Positions 1 to 13,882 of a stretch of DNA of 64,000 nt are shown here, piece by piece (the first letter of the stretch is position 1; each line of letters opens with the position of its first letter). Under the pieces are notes generated by a model. The model ran no database searches, had not been told where the DNA came from, and worked only from the letters and a program-made list of their open reading frames with translations. Where the stretch lies: positions 2,713,943 through 2,777,942 of the forward strand of contig CM082595.2 of NCBI GenBank assembly GCA_040954595.2, read 5' to 3'. Source of the DNA: Balanoglossus misakiensis. Lineage: Eukaryota > Animalia > Hemichordata. A program made the translations under genes and the position numbers.

Positions 1-1518
1 CATCCTGGCTTAAAAACCAATGCTTAAAGGAATTCAGTCACCTTAAATCTACGTATGCCCACATATGGTCAAGAGGGTATCTGAACCTTCGACTGACCAT
101 ATTGGGGCGTACTTTTGAACATGTGGTCACCCACTATGATCACAGCTTTCCATGGTAACAGCTTTCCATGGTAACTAACTTTGGCTAAATTCGCATAGGT
201 GACTGTATACCTTGAACTTCCCCCAACATCAAAACTGCACACAGTTGCCAACTTGCTATGTTTGTTACGTTCAAATCAACAGATGTAACAGACGTTAAGC
301 TTGTGATTTTAACTTGCCTCGGTCATCCACAAGCTGTAAACCTCTTGATTCCTTGCCTCCCCCGCATTGGTTTTGACAGCCACATGTGTAAAGCTGGACT
401 TTGATTAACGGCCGTCTTTTATCTTTGTTCACCCTAGAGGGGGGTAGATTAAGATTGGTAAGTACATTTGCACCAAGCAATATGCGGCATCTGTCCTCAC
501 AACCACTGATGATGTCAGCATGGGTCTCTTTTGCTGCTCTGCTATTGGATGGACAAACCAGTGCACCTGGGTTGACCAGTAACCAGTAAAAAAACAGAGA
601 TACTGAAGATGGGTCCAGAAGATCGTTGCAACTTCCGCTGATGACAAGAATTAATGCCAGAAGAAAGCTTTTATTCTAAGCAGCATAATTACATTCATTG
701 AATGACTCTAGTGCTGTTGAATATTTTATGAATGCTGGAGGAGGACAGAACGAACTAAGTGACTAGCTGAAGTAATGACTAGAAAATGAATCGTTTCCAT
801 TGCTTATTATCTTGGTGCATTTCTGACAAGTTGGTTTTACTATTAACTATGTCAGACAAAGTTTCTTGCAGACTGAGTTTGTAGTCAGTCAGTCTCTTGG
901 AATGGAATGGTTTTGCACAGAACCATCCGGACCAGTCGCTCAAGAAGAAATTCATGATTTGAGACCACGGAGATTCTGCCGTAAGAATGACTTTGTGAAA
1001 GACATTGTAAACACGCAAGGACTTCACATCCAAAGAGAACCTGTGGAACTCCCTGGAGTGGCGGAGTGAAGTGAAAGAGAGGACATAGCTTGGTGCATTT
1101 GTATTTTACCACGGTCTTTCTAACTACTCACAATTTCATGTTTGTCTGTCGAGTCCCAATTCATGTTACGCAGAGCTGTGTGTGATCTGTGGTTGGTACG
1201 TCTGTTAATATTATTGAACGGTGCCCATAAATTGACCAGTTATCAATGATTTTCCGGGGTGGGTCTTGATAATTTTGACCCAAAAGTAATGAAAACCAAA
1301 ACATGGCTGTCCCAGTAGCATGTTTACAGAACAGCTCAAGAGGTTCATTCTATTCTGCAATATGTCTGCTAATTCAGTAGTGCTCTATATCCAAGAACCA
1401 GACTTGTTCACTGTGAGTTCGAAAAGACCTTTTGAGCTGAACTGTATCTGTGGTGGAAATGCAACACTTTTGTAAAGTATATAACTAACGCCTAGATGCC
1501 TCTTCTGCTCTCTTTTAG

Positions 1519-3122
1519 GAACTACATGAATGACAGTCTACGTACCAATGTCTTTGTCTGTTTCAACCCGGAGACCATAGCTTGTGCCTGTATTTTCCTG
1601 TCTGCCAGACAGCTCAAGGTTGGTAACACTATACATCAGTTCTACAATCATCAAATTTTACTGGTGGTGGTTGTTGCCCAGAGCCGACAGAGTTAGAAAC
1701 TTTCTGATCTGTACTCTACAGCAGAAGTGAAGTCTCAACTATCATTTTACAATTTACTTATGTTGATGTTATTATCGTTCTTGACAGCTGCCACTACCAA
1801 ATCGTCCACCATGGTATACATTGCTCGGTGCTTCAGAGGATGACTTGGTTGTGATCTCACTGACGATATTGCAGTTATACGCAAGGCCAAAGGTATGTGA
1901 ATGTCTTGGCACTCTTTTTGCATATGTGGCTACCCAGTGAAAATCCATGATTGGCTAGATCTGAACTCTCCATGGTTACATTTGCATAGATGACTGAATC
2001 ACTGTCCTCTTTGGTTTTTCAGAGATCCTATGAAGAACTGGACAAGATCGTTGATAAATGTCGAGTCAAAATGCAGGAGGCCAAACTACAGAAAGGGCAA
2101 GCGACTGGTACAAGATCAGCTGCAGCAACTCCAAGTGCTGGGTTCTCCCCTGCATCAAGACCAAGTAAGTACAAGTACTGTAAAACAGGAAATGTTCGCG
2201 ATATTAGGAAGCTTAATTACAGGGCCAGGAGTTCAAGCAAAGACAAGAATACTCGATATACAAGAACTTCTTTGCCAAGAAAATGAAAATGAAATGGCAT
2301 TACTGTCAATGTGCTTTATTATTTGTTCAATAGATACATCTTTTATGGTAAAATCTATCTTCTATTAACACAACAAACTTGTTGATTTCAGACTCTCCGA
2401 AATCTGGCAGTACTATATCCCCACACAACAAACTTCTAAAGAAGAGATTGAAAGAAGACATTGGTGGTAACTCAGGAGGGAGTGTTGGGAGTAGGTGAGT
2501 TAAGGTCTAGTCTGCTCAAGTATAAGATACATCCATATGGAATTTCATTTACTTGTATAGTGGAGAACACTTGAATAAGTTGTAACTGTTGATTTTACTC
2601 TGTTGCAGGGAGAGGAATGGAAGAGATCATGGTGATCGAAGTCATTCTCGAAGTCCCCACAGAAGCCGATCGGGGTCACCGCAGCACAATTCGCACGATC
2701 ACAGCAGATCGCCATCTCACCACTCGTCCAGTCACAGCAGCGACCGGTACAGTCGCAGCCCCAGCAACAGTCCGCACGAACGCAAGGGCCGAAGCCGGTA
2801 CCACTCACCGCACAGCAGGCACAAGCGGCACGACGAACACCGCTCGAAAGACAGCGAGCGCAACCGCATCGCCGGCCGAAGCAAGCACTCCACCTCGCAT
2901 TCCCGCAAACGCAAACACAGCCGCTCGTTCAGCAGGAGTCGCAGCCGCTCGAGAAGTCGCACTCCGCGCGCGTACAAGCACAGGCGTAGTTCTCCCCATA
3001 GTAGAGATCGCCATAGACATAGGTATTCAAGGTCTAGGTCAAAAGAAAGAGTTCATAAGTCCTCGAAAAGAGACAGAATGAGAACCGACGGTCATAGATC
3101 AAGAGATAGGCACAGAAGGTAA
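1519..3122 (+). CDS. CCNL1: Cyclin L (CCNL1/CCNL2 co-ortholog), 3' part; 5' exons lie upstream of the window. Exons 1519-1618, 1788-1892, 2023-2164, 2392-2494, 2609-3122
   Basis: Spliced translation gives [43 protein letters not shown] (second cyclin box typical of cyclin L), then [12 protein letters not shown] and a C-terminal RS domain (RSRSRSRSR) ending in TAA at 3120-3122. All junctions are GT-AG with compatible phases. Confidence 0.95.
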
Positions 3123-3624
3123 CCCCCCCCCTCCAAAAACCTGCAGTTTACAAATATATAATTTCTCTAGGTTCTTGTAGTAGATTAAAAAAAGCTGACA
3201 CAGTCACATTTTCCTGATAATTTTGAATGTTTTGAGTGACTGTTTTTTCGAAGTTCTATGTAATTTCACAGACCAGACAGTGCATACCTCAGTATTATTG
3301 TAAGTTTCAGTGGAAAAGTTCATTTTTTGTCGGCATTTACAAGTGACAGTTTTGATGTATTTAGAAACAGTATGATTTTCTGTTTGTCCAGCTGCTGTAG
3401 TAATTTCTTCTGCGATTGTATAATTCCTTTGGTTTTTGGATATTATTTTGTAAGAATCTGACTAATTTTTTGTGTATATTTATGTTTACCTTTCTACTAA
3501 TACTCATGTAGTGTATAAAGCTTCGCTAGTTGATTATTATGAAACGTCTCAAAGTATAGAGAGACTCCTTTTTTGTACAGTACATCACGTTATCTGTCTG
3601 TAATTTTCATGCCAATTTTCTTGT

Positions 3625-3630
3625 AATAAA
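3625..3630 (+). terminator. Candidate polyadenylation signal of cyclin L
   Basis: AATAAA about 500 nt after the stop, followed by a T/GT-rich stretch (ttttgtgttgtttgttggtt). Confidence 0.55.
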
Positions 3631-3779
3631 TGAGTTTTGGTACATCATGATTATCAGTATTTTGTGTTGTTTGTTGGTTGAATGTTGTTTGAATGATTCA
3701 GCACATGCAAACAGCCTGCAGCATCCTAGGAATGACCACAATAGTTGTATAAGCACATGAAATTTTGACTTGGTGACCT

Positions 3780-4238
3780 GTGGTTTGGATTCAAAATGGC
3801 GTATATACACTAAAAGAAAGAATCACATTTTATAATGTTTGGGGGCGCTGTAACATCAGCTATAGCTATGAGCATAGATGGTACGGGTATTTTATGTGGT
3901 CCTAGGGGGTCATAATCAATATGGCGGCGTGCAGTGGTTTGGATTCAAAATGGCGTATATACACTAAAAGAAAGAATCACCTTTTATATTGTTTGGGGGC
4001 GCTGTAACATCAGCTATAGCTATGAGCATAGGTGGTACGGGTATTTTATGTGGTCCTAGGGGGTCATAATCAATATGGCGGCGTCCAGTGGTTTGGATTC
4101 AAAATGGCGTATATACACTAAAAGAAAGAATCCCCTTTTATTTTATTTGGGGGCGCTGTAACATCAGCTATAGGTATGAGCATAGGTGGTACGGGTATTT
4201 TATGTGGTCCTAGGGGGTCATAATCAATATGGCGGCGT
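3780..4238 (+). repeat. Three tandem copies of a 154-bp unit directly upstream of FTSJ1, probably a duplicated promoter segment
   Basis: TGGTTTGGATTCAAAATGGCG recurs at 3781, 3935 and 4089 with few substitutions. Each unit has YY1-like CAAAATGGCG and AATATGGCGGC motifs. The array ends about 60 bp before the FTSJ1 ATG. Confidence 0.93.
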
Positions 4239-4297
4239 ACTGTTGCCAGAGTTAGTGCAGTAATAGTTAGTAGTTATTTTGTGCAATATCGGCGAAA

Positions 4298-7023
4298 ATG
4301 GGACGATCTTCAAAGGACAAACGGGATATATACTATCGGCTGGCTAAGGAGGAGGGATGGCGAGCAAGAAGTGCCTTTAAACTGCTGCAAATTAACGAAG
4401 AATTCAATATTTTCAAAGGTGTGTATCTTACTTTAAAATCACGTGTCTCTGTTTACAATATTCATTTTCTTGCTTAGCGCAAACCTGATTAAGTTTGATG
4501 ACACCCCGCACACGATAAATAATACCAAATAACTGTCTGATGAGAGGTTTCGGAAAACATCAACTGATCTATACTCGTTATCGTAGTCGAAGCTCTCGAA
4601 GTATGATGACAACAATGCGCCCTCTGCGTCGAAAAGTGTGGTTGGTACATGTAGTGATGTACATGTAAATGTTTACATATGCTTATTTCTAAACAGATGT
4701 GAAGAAAGTAGTTGATCTGTGTGCAGCCCCAGGAAGCTGGAGTCAAGTTCTTACAAAGAAACTGCGGTAAATCAAATTTATGATCAAGTTTATGAAAGTT
4801 TTTGAAGAAACGTGTTGTATAATATAGAGGTTGACAACAATGACATGGTGTCCATAGATGTTGAACCATGAAGTTGCTCATTGTCATTGTGCATTGCAAC
4901 TATTCTATTATCCTGTGCTGCTTTCAGAGGAGACGATGGCTCCAGTTCAGATGCCAAGATAGTGGCTGTCGATCTGCAGGCTATGGCACCCCTGCCTGGT
5001 GTGATCCAAATACAGGGAGACATCACCAAGGTAACAGAGGATTTCTTCTTTTAGAATTGCTATAAAAGAAGCTTGTGTTCTTAAGAACGATCAGTTAACG
5101 GTCAGAATTACTGACACCTTTTTTTTAACTTTTTTTATCCTCTCCCAATGATATTTTAGGTTTCCACTGCCCTGGAGATAATCAGCCATTTTGAAGGTGA
5201 ACATGCAGATTTGGTCGTGTGTGATGGTGCTCCCGATGGTAGGTCCAACCACCCTGTTGGTGACATGCAGAACACTTCTGCAGAACATCAGCAAATTTTC
5301 TTTCATCAACAAACTTCTGTCCGTCATCACACCTAGTTTTTATTCCACCTGTCTCAGATTGATAACCCCATTCAATTATGCTTCACCTTTTTATTTACTA
5401 TTTCTTTATTTATCTTCTAACAGTTACCGGTCTACATGACTTGGATGAATATATCCAAGCACAGTTAATACTTGCTGTAAGTTGTATCCATTTCATATTA
5501 TACCATCATAAAAAAAATTGCCATTCTACTTTGCAAATCTTTCCCTTGTACTTTCATACATACAAAAGCTTAGAATTGTTTTTTTGTCTTTGCAGGCACT
5601 AAACATCACAACGCATGTTCTCAAACGTGGCGGAACTTTTGTAGCAAAGGTTTGTGTCATCTTTTCACACTTTATTTAACATACCAGAACACTATTCCTA
5701 GGAGTTAGTATAGCAGCCAGATTTTATATCTCTTGTCTATACTGTGGTGCTGAGACTTGACATACATGTATTTTGTTACCGTTTTCCAGATATTCCGTGG
5801 TAAAGACATAACACTCCTCTACTCTCAACTCAAGATCTTCTTTCCAAAAGTCACTTGCGCCAAGCCAAGAAGCAGCAGAAACTCGAGTATAGGTAAGGGA
5901 GGAAGTTGGGGAATCTATGATTCATGTATTTGAATGCAGTTGTCATTCTGATTGTGGATATGAGAAAGGCACTTGCCTGATTCACTCTGTCTGTCATAAT
6001 TTTAACTCCATTATTTTGACTTGTTCACGCAGAGGCCTTTGTTGTGTGTCAGGAATACTCTCCACCAGAGGGCTATGTACCAAACATGTCCAACCCACTC
6101 TTGGATCATCATTATGGTAAGTTAATTCATACATGTTTCTGTGTGTATATGTTGTAGCCTTTCAGAATGGTACTTACCAGTTAGACTGGAAAATCTGTCA
6201 TGTGAGCAGGGAAAGCCCTTGAGTGACGGATTTTCCAGTCTACTTGCCTGCGTGATATGAACACATTCCTTGCAATGATGATGTGCTGTCTTTTCTGTCC
6301 TTTGCAGATGTTGATTTCAACAGCTTAACGGGTCCAAATCGAATTATTGTCCCATTCCTGGCTTGTGGTGATTTGAGTGCATATGATTCTGATAGATCGT
6401 ACCCATTGCAGGTAGGTGTGTGTGGAGGGAGGGAGAGATAGAGAGGGGGCACATTTTGTTTTGCATGGCAGCCCAGCACCAATCTGTGATCGGCTGGGTC
6501 TCAACATTCCATGACAACTGGGATATATTTGACTTTGTACCTTTAAATTTGAGATTGTTATTTTGTGCTTGTTGCATCAGTATTTCATGTTGAAATATTT
6601 ATCTTCTTTTTGCAGCTTGACTCGAAATCAGAATACAAGTACCACCCTCCGACACAGCCACCCATCAAGCCACCATATGAGAAGGCCTGCTTTTTGAAGA
6701 AAAATGATATGCTGGCCAAACCATTTTCGTTGAAAAGTGGTGCTGCGTTGACAGATTCTGATCGCACGATCACAGATGGAAAATACGAGAAATCTCAGGG
6801 AGCTGAAGGGGATGATTTCGAGAAACTTCATAGAGTTGAGGGGCCGGGGGATAGTTTGCAGAAATCAGAGGAGGTTGAGGGAGCCAAGTTGACAAAAGAA
6901 CAAGAAGTTACGGACGATGATGATTTAAGCCATCTGGGTGCCTGTGCGCCGAGCAACTCCGAGACTGTGAATAAAGAGGATATTGTGAAAGAACTGGACT
7001 CATTAGCAATAGATGATAGTTGA
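4298..7023 (+). CDS. FTSJ1: tRNA (cytidine32/guanosine34-2'-O)-methyltransferase FTSJ1/TRM7, 392 aa. Exons 4298-4418, 4697-4766, 4928-5030, 5160-5238, 5424-5476, 5596-5649, 5790-5892, 6033-6116, 6308-6411, 6616-7023
   Basis: Contains [43 protein letters not shown] (SAM binding), [70 protein letters not shown] and [16 protein letters not shown]. The CDS is 1179 nt with all phases consistent. Confidence 0.97.
6182..6242. repeat. Inverted repeat (19-bp arms) in FTSJ1 intron 8
   Basis: TAGACTGGAAAATCTGTCA ... TGACGGATTTTCCAGTCTA, with one difference that forms a G-U pair in + strand RNA. Confidence 0.8.
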
Positions 7024-7226
7024 ACACTGTGATAACCTCACTTGAAGTCCACTTAACATCAAACCTTCTGCTCGGAATATGATGTTGATAACAGCTCAAC
7101 ACTGCACAATGTTATTATCTCCAATTTCACACTTAACCCAGCCGTTGTTTCCCCAAGTCATTCCTCAACTATTGTCTCTATACACATCACTCTATTGTGC
7201 TTACAATCCACTTTTGCGTCTTTTTA

Positions 7227-7232
7227 AATAAA
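7227..7232 (+). terminator. Candidate polyadenylation signal of FTSJ1
   Basis: AATAAA about 200 nt after the stop, followed by T-rich sequence. Confidence 0.55.
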
Positions 7233-7439
7233 TGCGAAATATTTTTCTAAAAATATTCTCTTTGTATGTTTCATTTCTTTTGTACTGATGCCTGGTGAGA
7301 TCAGATGAACAAATTTAAATATGTTATAGAGTAAATAATTTTTTTTTTTAGATATTCAGACTTGCTCATGTTTCTATTGGTCAACATAGCAACAGTGAAA
7401 GAAAAGTTGATTTTCTTTTATTATAGTACGGTACTTTCC

Positions 7440-7790
7440 TTCGTGACGCAGAGTCAGTGCCCGATCATGTGACATCATTATTATGTTTCTAAAAATAGTA
7501 ATGTCAAAGTTCACGGCACGGTGTTTCCGACACTCAGGGTCATATGACTTTTATACTTACGCCATTTTCTGTAAATAATGTAGTTCCCAACATCTGATGG
7601 ACTTTATCTAACAAATGTGTCATAATATATCCCCCCTAAGTTATCTAATTATATTAAATTACAAATTTTGTTACTGTTTGGCAATTTTCACGAAATTTAT
7701 ATGAACGGAATGTTACACACCATACTCGCGGACTGATATATATTATAAACATAAACAAATACGTCACTTGAGTCCGCCATTGCAACTAAA
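7440..7790 (+). promoter_or_regulatory. Putative GABARAP promoter
   Basis: A relatively CpG-rich segment upstream of the ATG at 7891. It has TGACGCA and TACGTCA (CRE-like), TCATGTGAC at 7465-7473 (MiT/TFE M-box/CLEAR-like), GTAAATA and ATAAACA (forkhead-like) and CGCCATT (YY1-like) motifs. Confidence 0.5.
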
Positions 7791-7857
7791 AATCATCACA
7801 AATTCTGTCAGCATTGTCCACCAGAAGTGACTGCATTTCCATCACAACCGTTTGTGA

Positions 7858-10329
<2,472 letters not shown>

Positions 10330-10565
10330 ACATGGTTTGCCAGCTGTTGAAAGTGACTTGAACACTGAATTTACACAACAAAAAAACCACACATTTGTGT
10401 CGGCCACCAACAAAATGTGTTTCATTTCGTTATCATGCTTCAAATTGCTGTATATACAACCGTAACAGTTTAACAGGGGAAATAAAACAGGCAAAAGGAA
10501 CAATACAGAACATGCGCTTTTCATCTTGGGGTAACCTCAGCAAGGTGATTTTTTAGACATTAATG

Positions 10566-10631
10566 AATGAAAATGTCACCATTTTCTCAATAATGTCATT
10601 GGCATCGATTGAAAAATGTGACATTTTCATT
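10566..10631 (+). repeat. Long imperfect hairpin downstream of the GABARAP stop (likely 3'UTR)
   Basis: AATGAAAATGTCAcCATTTTcTCAAT pairs with ATTGAAAAATGTGACATTTTCATT, with two single-base bulges. Confidence 0.7.
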
Positions 10632-13400
10632 TAATTTTCCCTTACCCTGGGGGCTGTGTATCTCAATAACAAGGGTCGATATTTATTGAAATGCAATCAA
10701 TGATAAACCATGCCTGATCGTGAAATTTGTAGTTTTGTGTATATTGGAACTCCTTGCCACGGGAAGCTTTTGTTGCAACAAAGAATGTAAAGATTTATTT
10801 CATATATCTCCTCGGTCTGAAAAAAAGTTATAACCAGGTACATAGATTTGTTCCGATGAAGGGCAATTTGCGCCAATGTGGGATAGCCAACACATGATTT
10901 TCATGCATTTTGTCTCAATGCTGTTCGAAAATTCAGAGATCTTTTTTCACTGTTGCAAATCAGAAAAATTTTGCTTGTTTATAGCCCTAAACCACAAGAG
11001 TTTTTCGGAAAATTGCCTTGTTGAGAAATATTTGGCAGGAATCAAAATTGTGTTTACGGCCAAATGCATGAAAATCATTCTCAATACAGAAAGATCCAGA
11101 CATTTACGACATATTATTGTAATTTTTTATCTCTCTCTTGTAACTTTCAATTTAATGTGCTGTTCTTTATGCGTTAACATTATTATGATATCTGATTAGC
11201 AATGTGATTTTTAGTTGTTTTCTCAAAGTTTAAATGAGTTATTTTTTCTGTTGATTTCTCCACTTTACATGTGATTGCTTTTGAACACTTGGCCATTGAG
11301 GGTAACTTAGAGAGGCCTTGTATTAATATTTGCAATCTTAGGGGGTTTCTCCATATTTGCTGTTATCTATATGTAATAATATTTTTAAAGACAGGCCTTC
11401 AATAATTGAGTTTGCAGATGACGTAGCCTAGTGATGATGTGTGGGGAGTATGTATGTTTCAAAGTCATACATCAGGATGCTGGTAATACACAAACTTTTC
11501 ATTTTTTGTCATTTTAATACGGGATAGATAACGGCAGTGTATCTATGTTGTAAGTACCAGGATGTGTGACATTGAATCCTACCAAGATGTGAGACCTAAA
11601 AGGGTGACTGCTCTATCGAAATGAACATGAGGGATGTGACTTTATATGCAAATCTGTGCTACATTGTACTACCAATAGGTTGTAATTGTGAATGGGTAAA
11701 ATTCTTAATACATGGTTGCGTGCATGTTGCAAACCCGTGTAATCATTTATTGACAAAATAAAAATGTTGAAAGTAAACTTTGGCCTGCTTGCTGTTTTTG
11801 TATAACTTGAGTAAAGAATGAATATGGCAAACACAAGTTTAATGTTGGACATTAATTATAACTTCATACAATTGCCAGGGCATGAAGTCTATTTACACTA
11901 TCACAGATATTTCATGCAGTCATTAATTTTGTTCAAAAACTTGAGATGGTGAATTGCGCCCTCAATGGACGTTTCAGCAGAGCAAAGGTTCTTCTTTGTT
12001 TTTTCCTGATTGTGTTATTGTAATAATTAATTGCTTCCTCTTGATTGGTTTATTTGAATGATTGCAAGTCCCTGATTGGCTGTTTCCTGCATGAACACAG
12101 CTGCTGTGCTGGCTCTCAATTAGCATACATCTATGCAAATCACTGTCTGCAGTATTCCTGTGAATGGTCAGTCTGTCCAGATAAAATTTGTTTATCAATA
12201 GATGCCCAACAGATTATGAATATGTATCAGTCAGAGCATGCAGAGAGGTGGTGTGGTTGCAGGCCAATTTTTTTCATGTCCATGTTTGCTCTAAATTTCC
12301 CAGTGAAAAACTCAATTTTACCTTCCCAATTTCCACACCAGGATTTGCTGTTAGCTGAAAATTGTTTTGAGGTAAGTTATGGCTTTATTTTTCCTTTGTG
12401 AACTTCATATCAATCTGCAAGTCCAGTAGAATTGTCTAGATACATGTAAGTACATGGGAGGGGGGGGGGGCACTTTCATAAAAGCACATGGTTTTTGTGC
12501 CATGGCTAAACCCTTTGTCCAATTTTGAGTCTTCAAGTTCAAAACTTGCTTGTTTATGTTTCTCTAAATTCACAAATGCAACTTGTGAGAATTCCATTTC
12601 TGTCATTTGAGAGGTTAATTGTATTTGTCAATCTGAAACTTGTTTTTCTTGTTATTTATTCAGAACAACATTGTGGATGCAACACTTCACCAAGCCCCAA
12701 CATGGTGGTCTTCAATGGAGCAGTGCAGTGAAGGTATGTCACTCATTTCATTTAGTCAATAGGATTTAGTCAGTCAGATGCATTGATGGCAGACAATCGT
12801 GTTCATGTAAATGATGTTGACTTGCTAGATAATATTTTATTGCAATGTATTTTCATTGGGGCAGTTGTCCATCAAATTAGTCAGTGCGCAACAGCAAAAA
12901 AGTTGCGCAGGACAAGCCCTTTCAAGCAAATGGCAGAATTTTCATGAAAGTGACCTATAGAGATGATCCTGACTCGTCAGTTGCAAGTGTGCAGAAGACT
13001 TCGCGAAATCTATAATTGTCTTGCCATAAGAGTAGCTAGTGCTGGTAGTCAAACATAGTTTATCAGATAGATTTGTTCGTCCAAGAAGTTTGGAGGTTTC
13101 TTGGTTGATATGGACAACCAAACATATTGCCTCAAGAAAAGTAAACATTGCCACAGAATAGTATTTTGGCATATTTCAACAAGTCAAACGGCATAGAAAT
13201 TTTCATATTAAAATAGGTCAATATAGAGCATTTTTTGTCACTTTATTAATGAACAATAATAAAGAGAAACTGTGTTGGATGCGTGTACTTTATTGGATGT
13301 GTCTGGGCATTGCCAAGTTTAGTAGTGTTAGCAAAATACAGGTCCCCCCCCCCCCTCCCCTGTCAAATAGTCTAAACAGTCTTTTATTTGAGTGAATTGC

Positions 13401-13580
13401 TGATCTCTGGTAGCTGTTGCGAGGTTGTCTGGATAGCCATATGAAGTAACAGTCTTGGTGCATGGTCATCTATTTGACCATCCCCAGAGGTCAGGTGTTC
13501 TGATCTCTGTGGCTGTTGCGAGGTGTTGTCTGGATAGCCATATGAAGTAACAGTGGTCATCTTATTGGATGATCCCCAGA
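13401..13580. repeat. Two-copy ~100-bp tandem duplication
   Basis: TGATCTCTG..GCTGTTGCGAGGT..TGTCTGGATAGCCATATGAAGTAACAGT at 13401 and 13501. Confidence 0.8.
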
Positions 13581-13882
13581 GATTCATGTAGTATAATCTG
13601 CTAAACTGATAGTTTAATCCAAGTCCTAAAAGAGCTTAATAATTAATTGTTAATAGTAGTCAGATTGCATTTTGGATAAAATGTTAGCTGACTGTAGTAA
13701 GTTTCATAAACTATTTCTGGCTATATGTTTAGTCTTTAAGGGTAGCATGTAGAACTCATTTTAACTTTTCGCATCTTTGATAAACTAGCTTCTTTAATCC
13801 CTGAATGATATCATAGGTCACATGCATAATTACTATAAACCTCCAAAATGTGTAATTGTAGGGAATCCACAGAAGGAAAAAT

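Noticed and set aside
143-176. 17-bp tandem duplication CAGCTTTCCATGGTAA
   Set aside because: A simple local slippage duplication with no sign of function.
505-610. Possible C/D-box snoRNA (TGATGA ... CTGA) in the cyclin L intron
   Set aside because: No convincing terminal stem and no rRNA guide I can recognise; box-like words are common. A snoscan or Rfam search would be needed.
2617-3081. 154-aa overlapping +1 ORF and antisense ORFs in the cyclin L last exon
   Set aside because: Expected by-product of the T-poor CGC/AGC-rich RS coding sequence, which has few off-frame stops.
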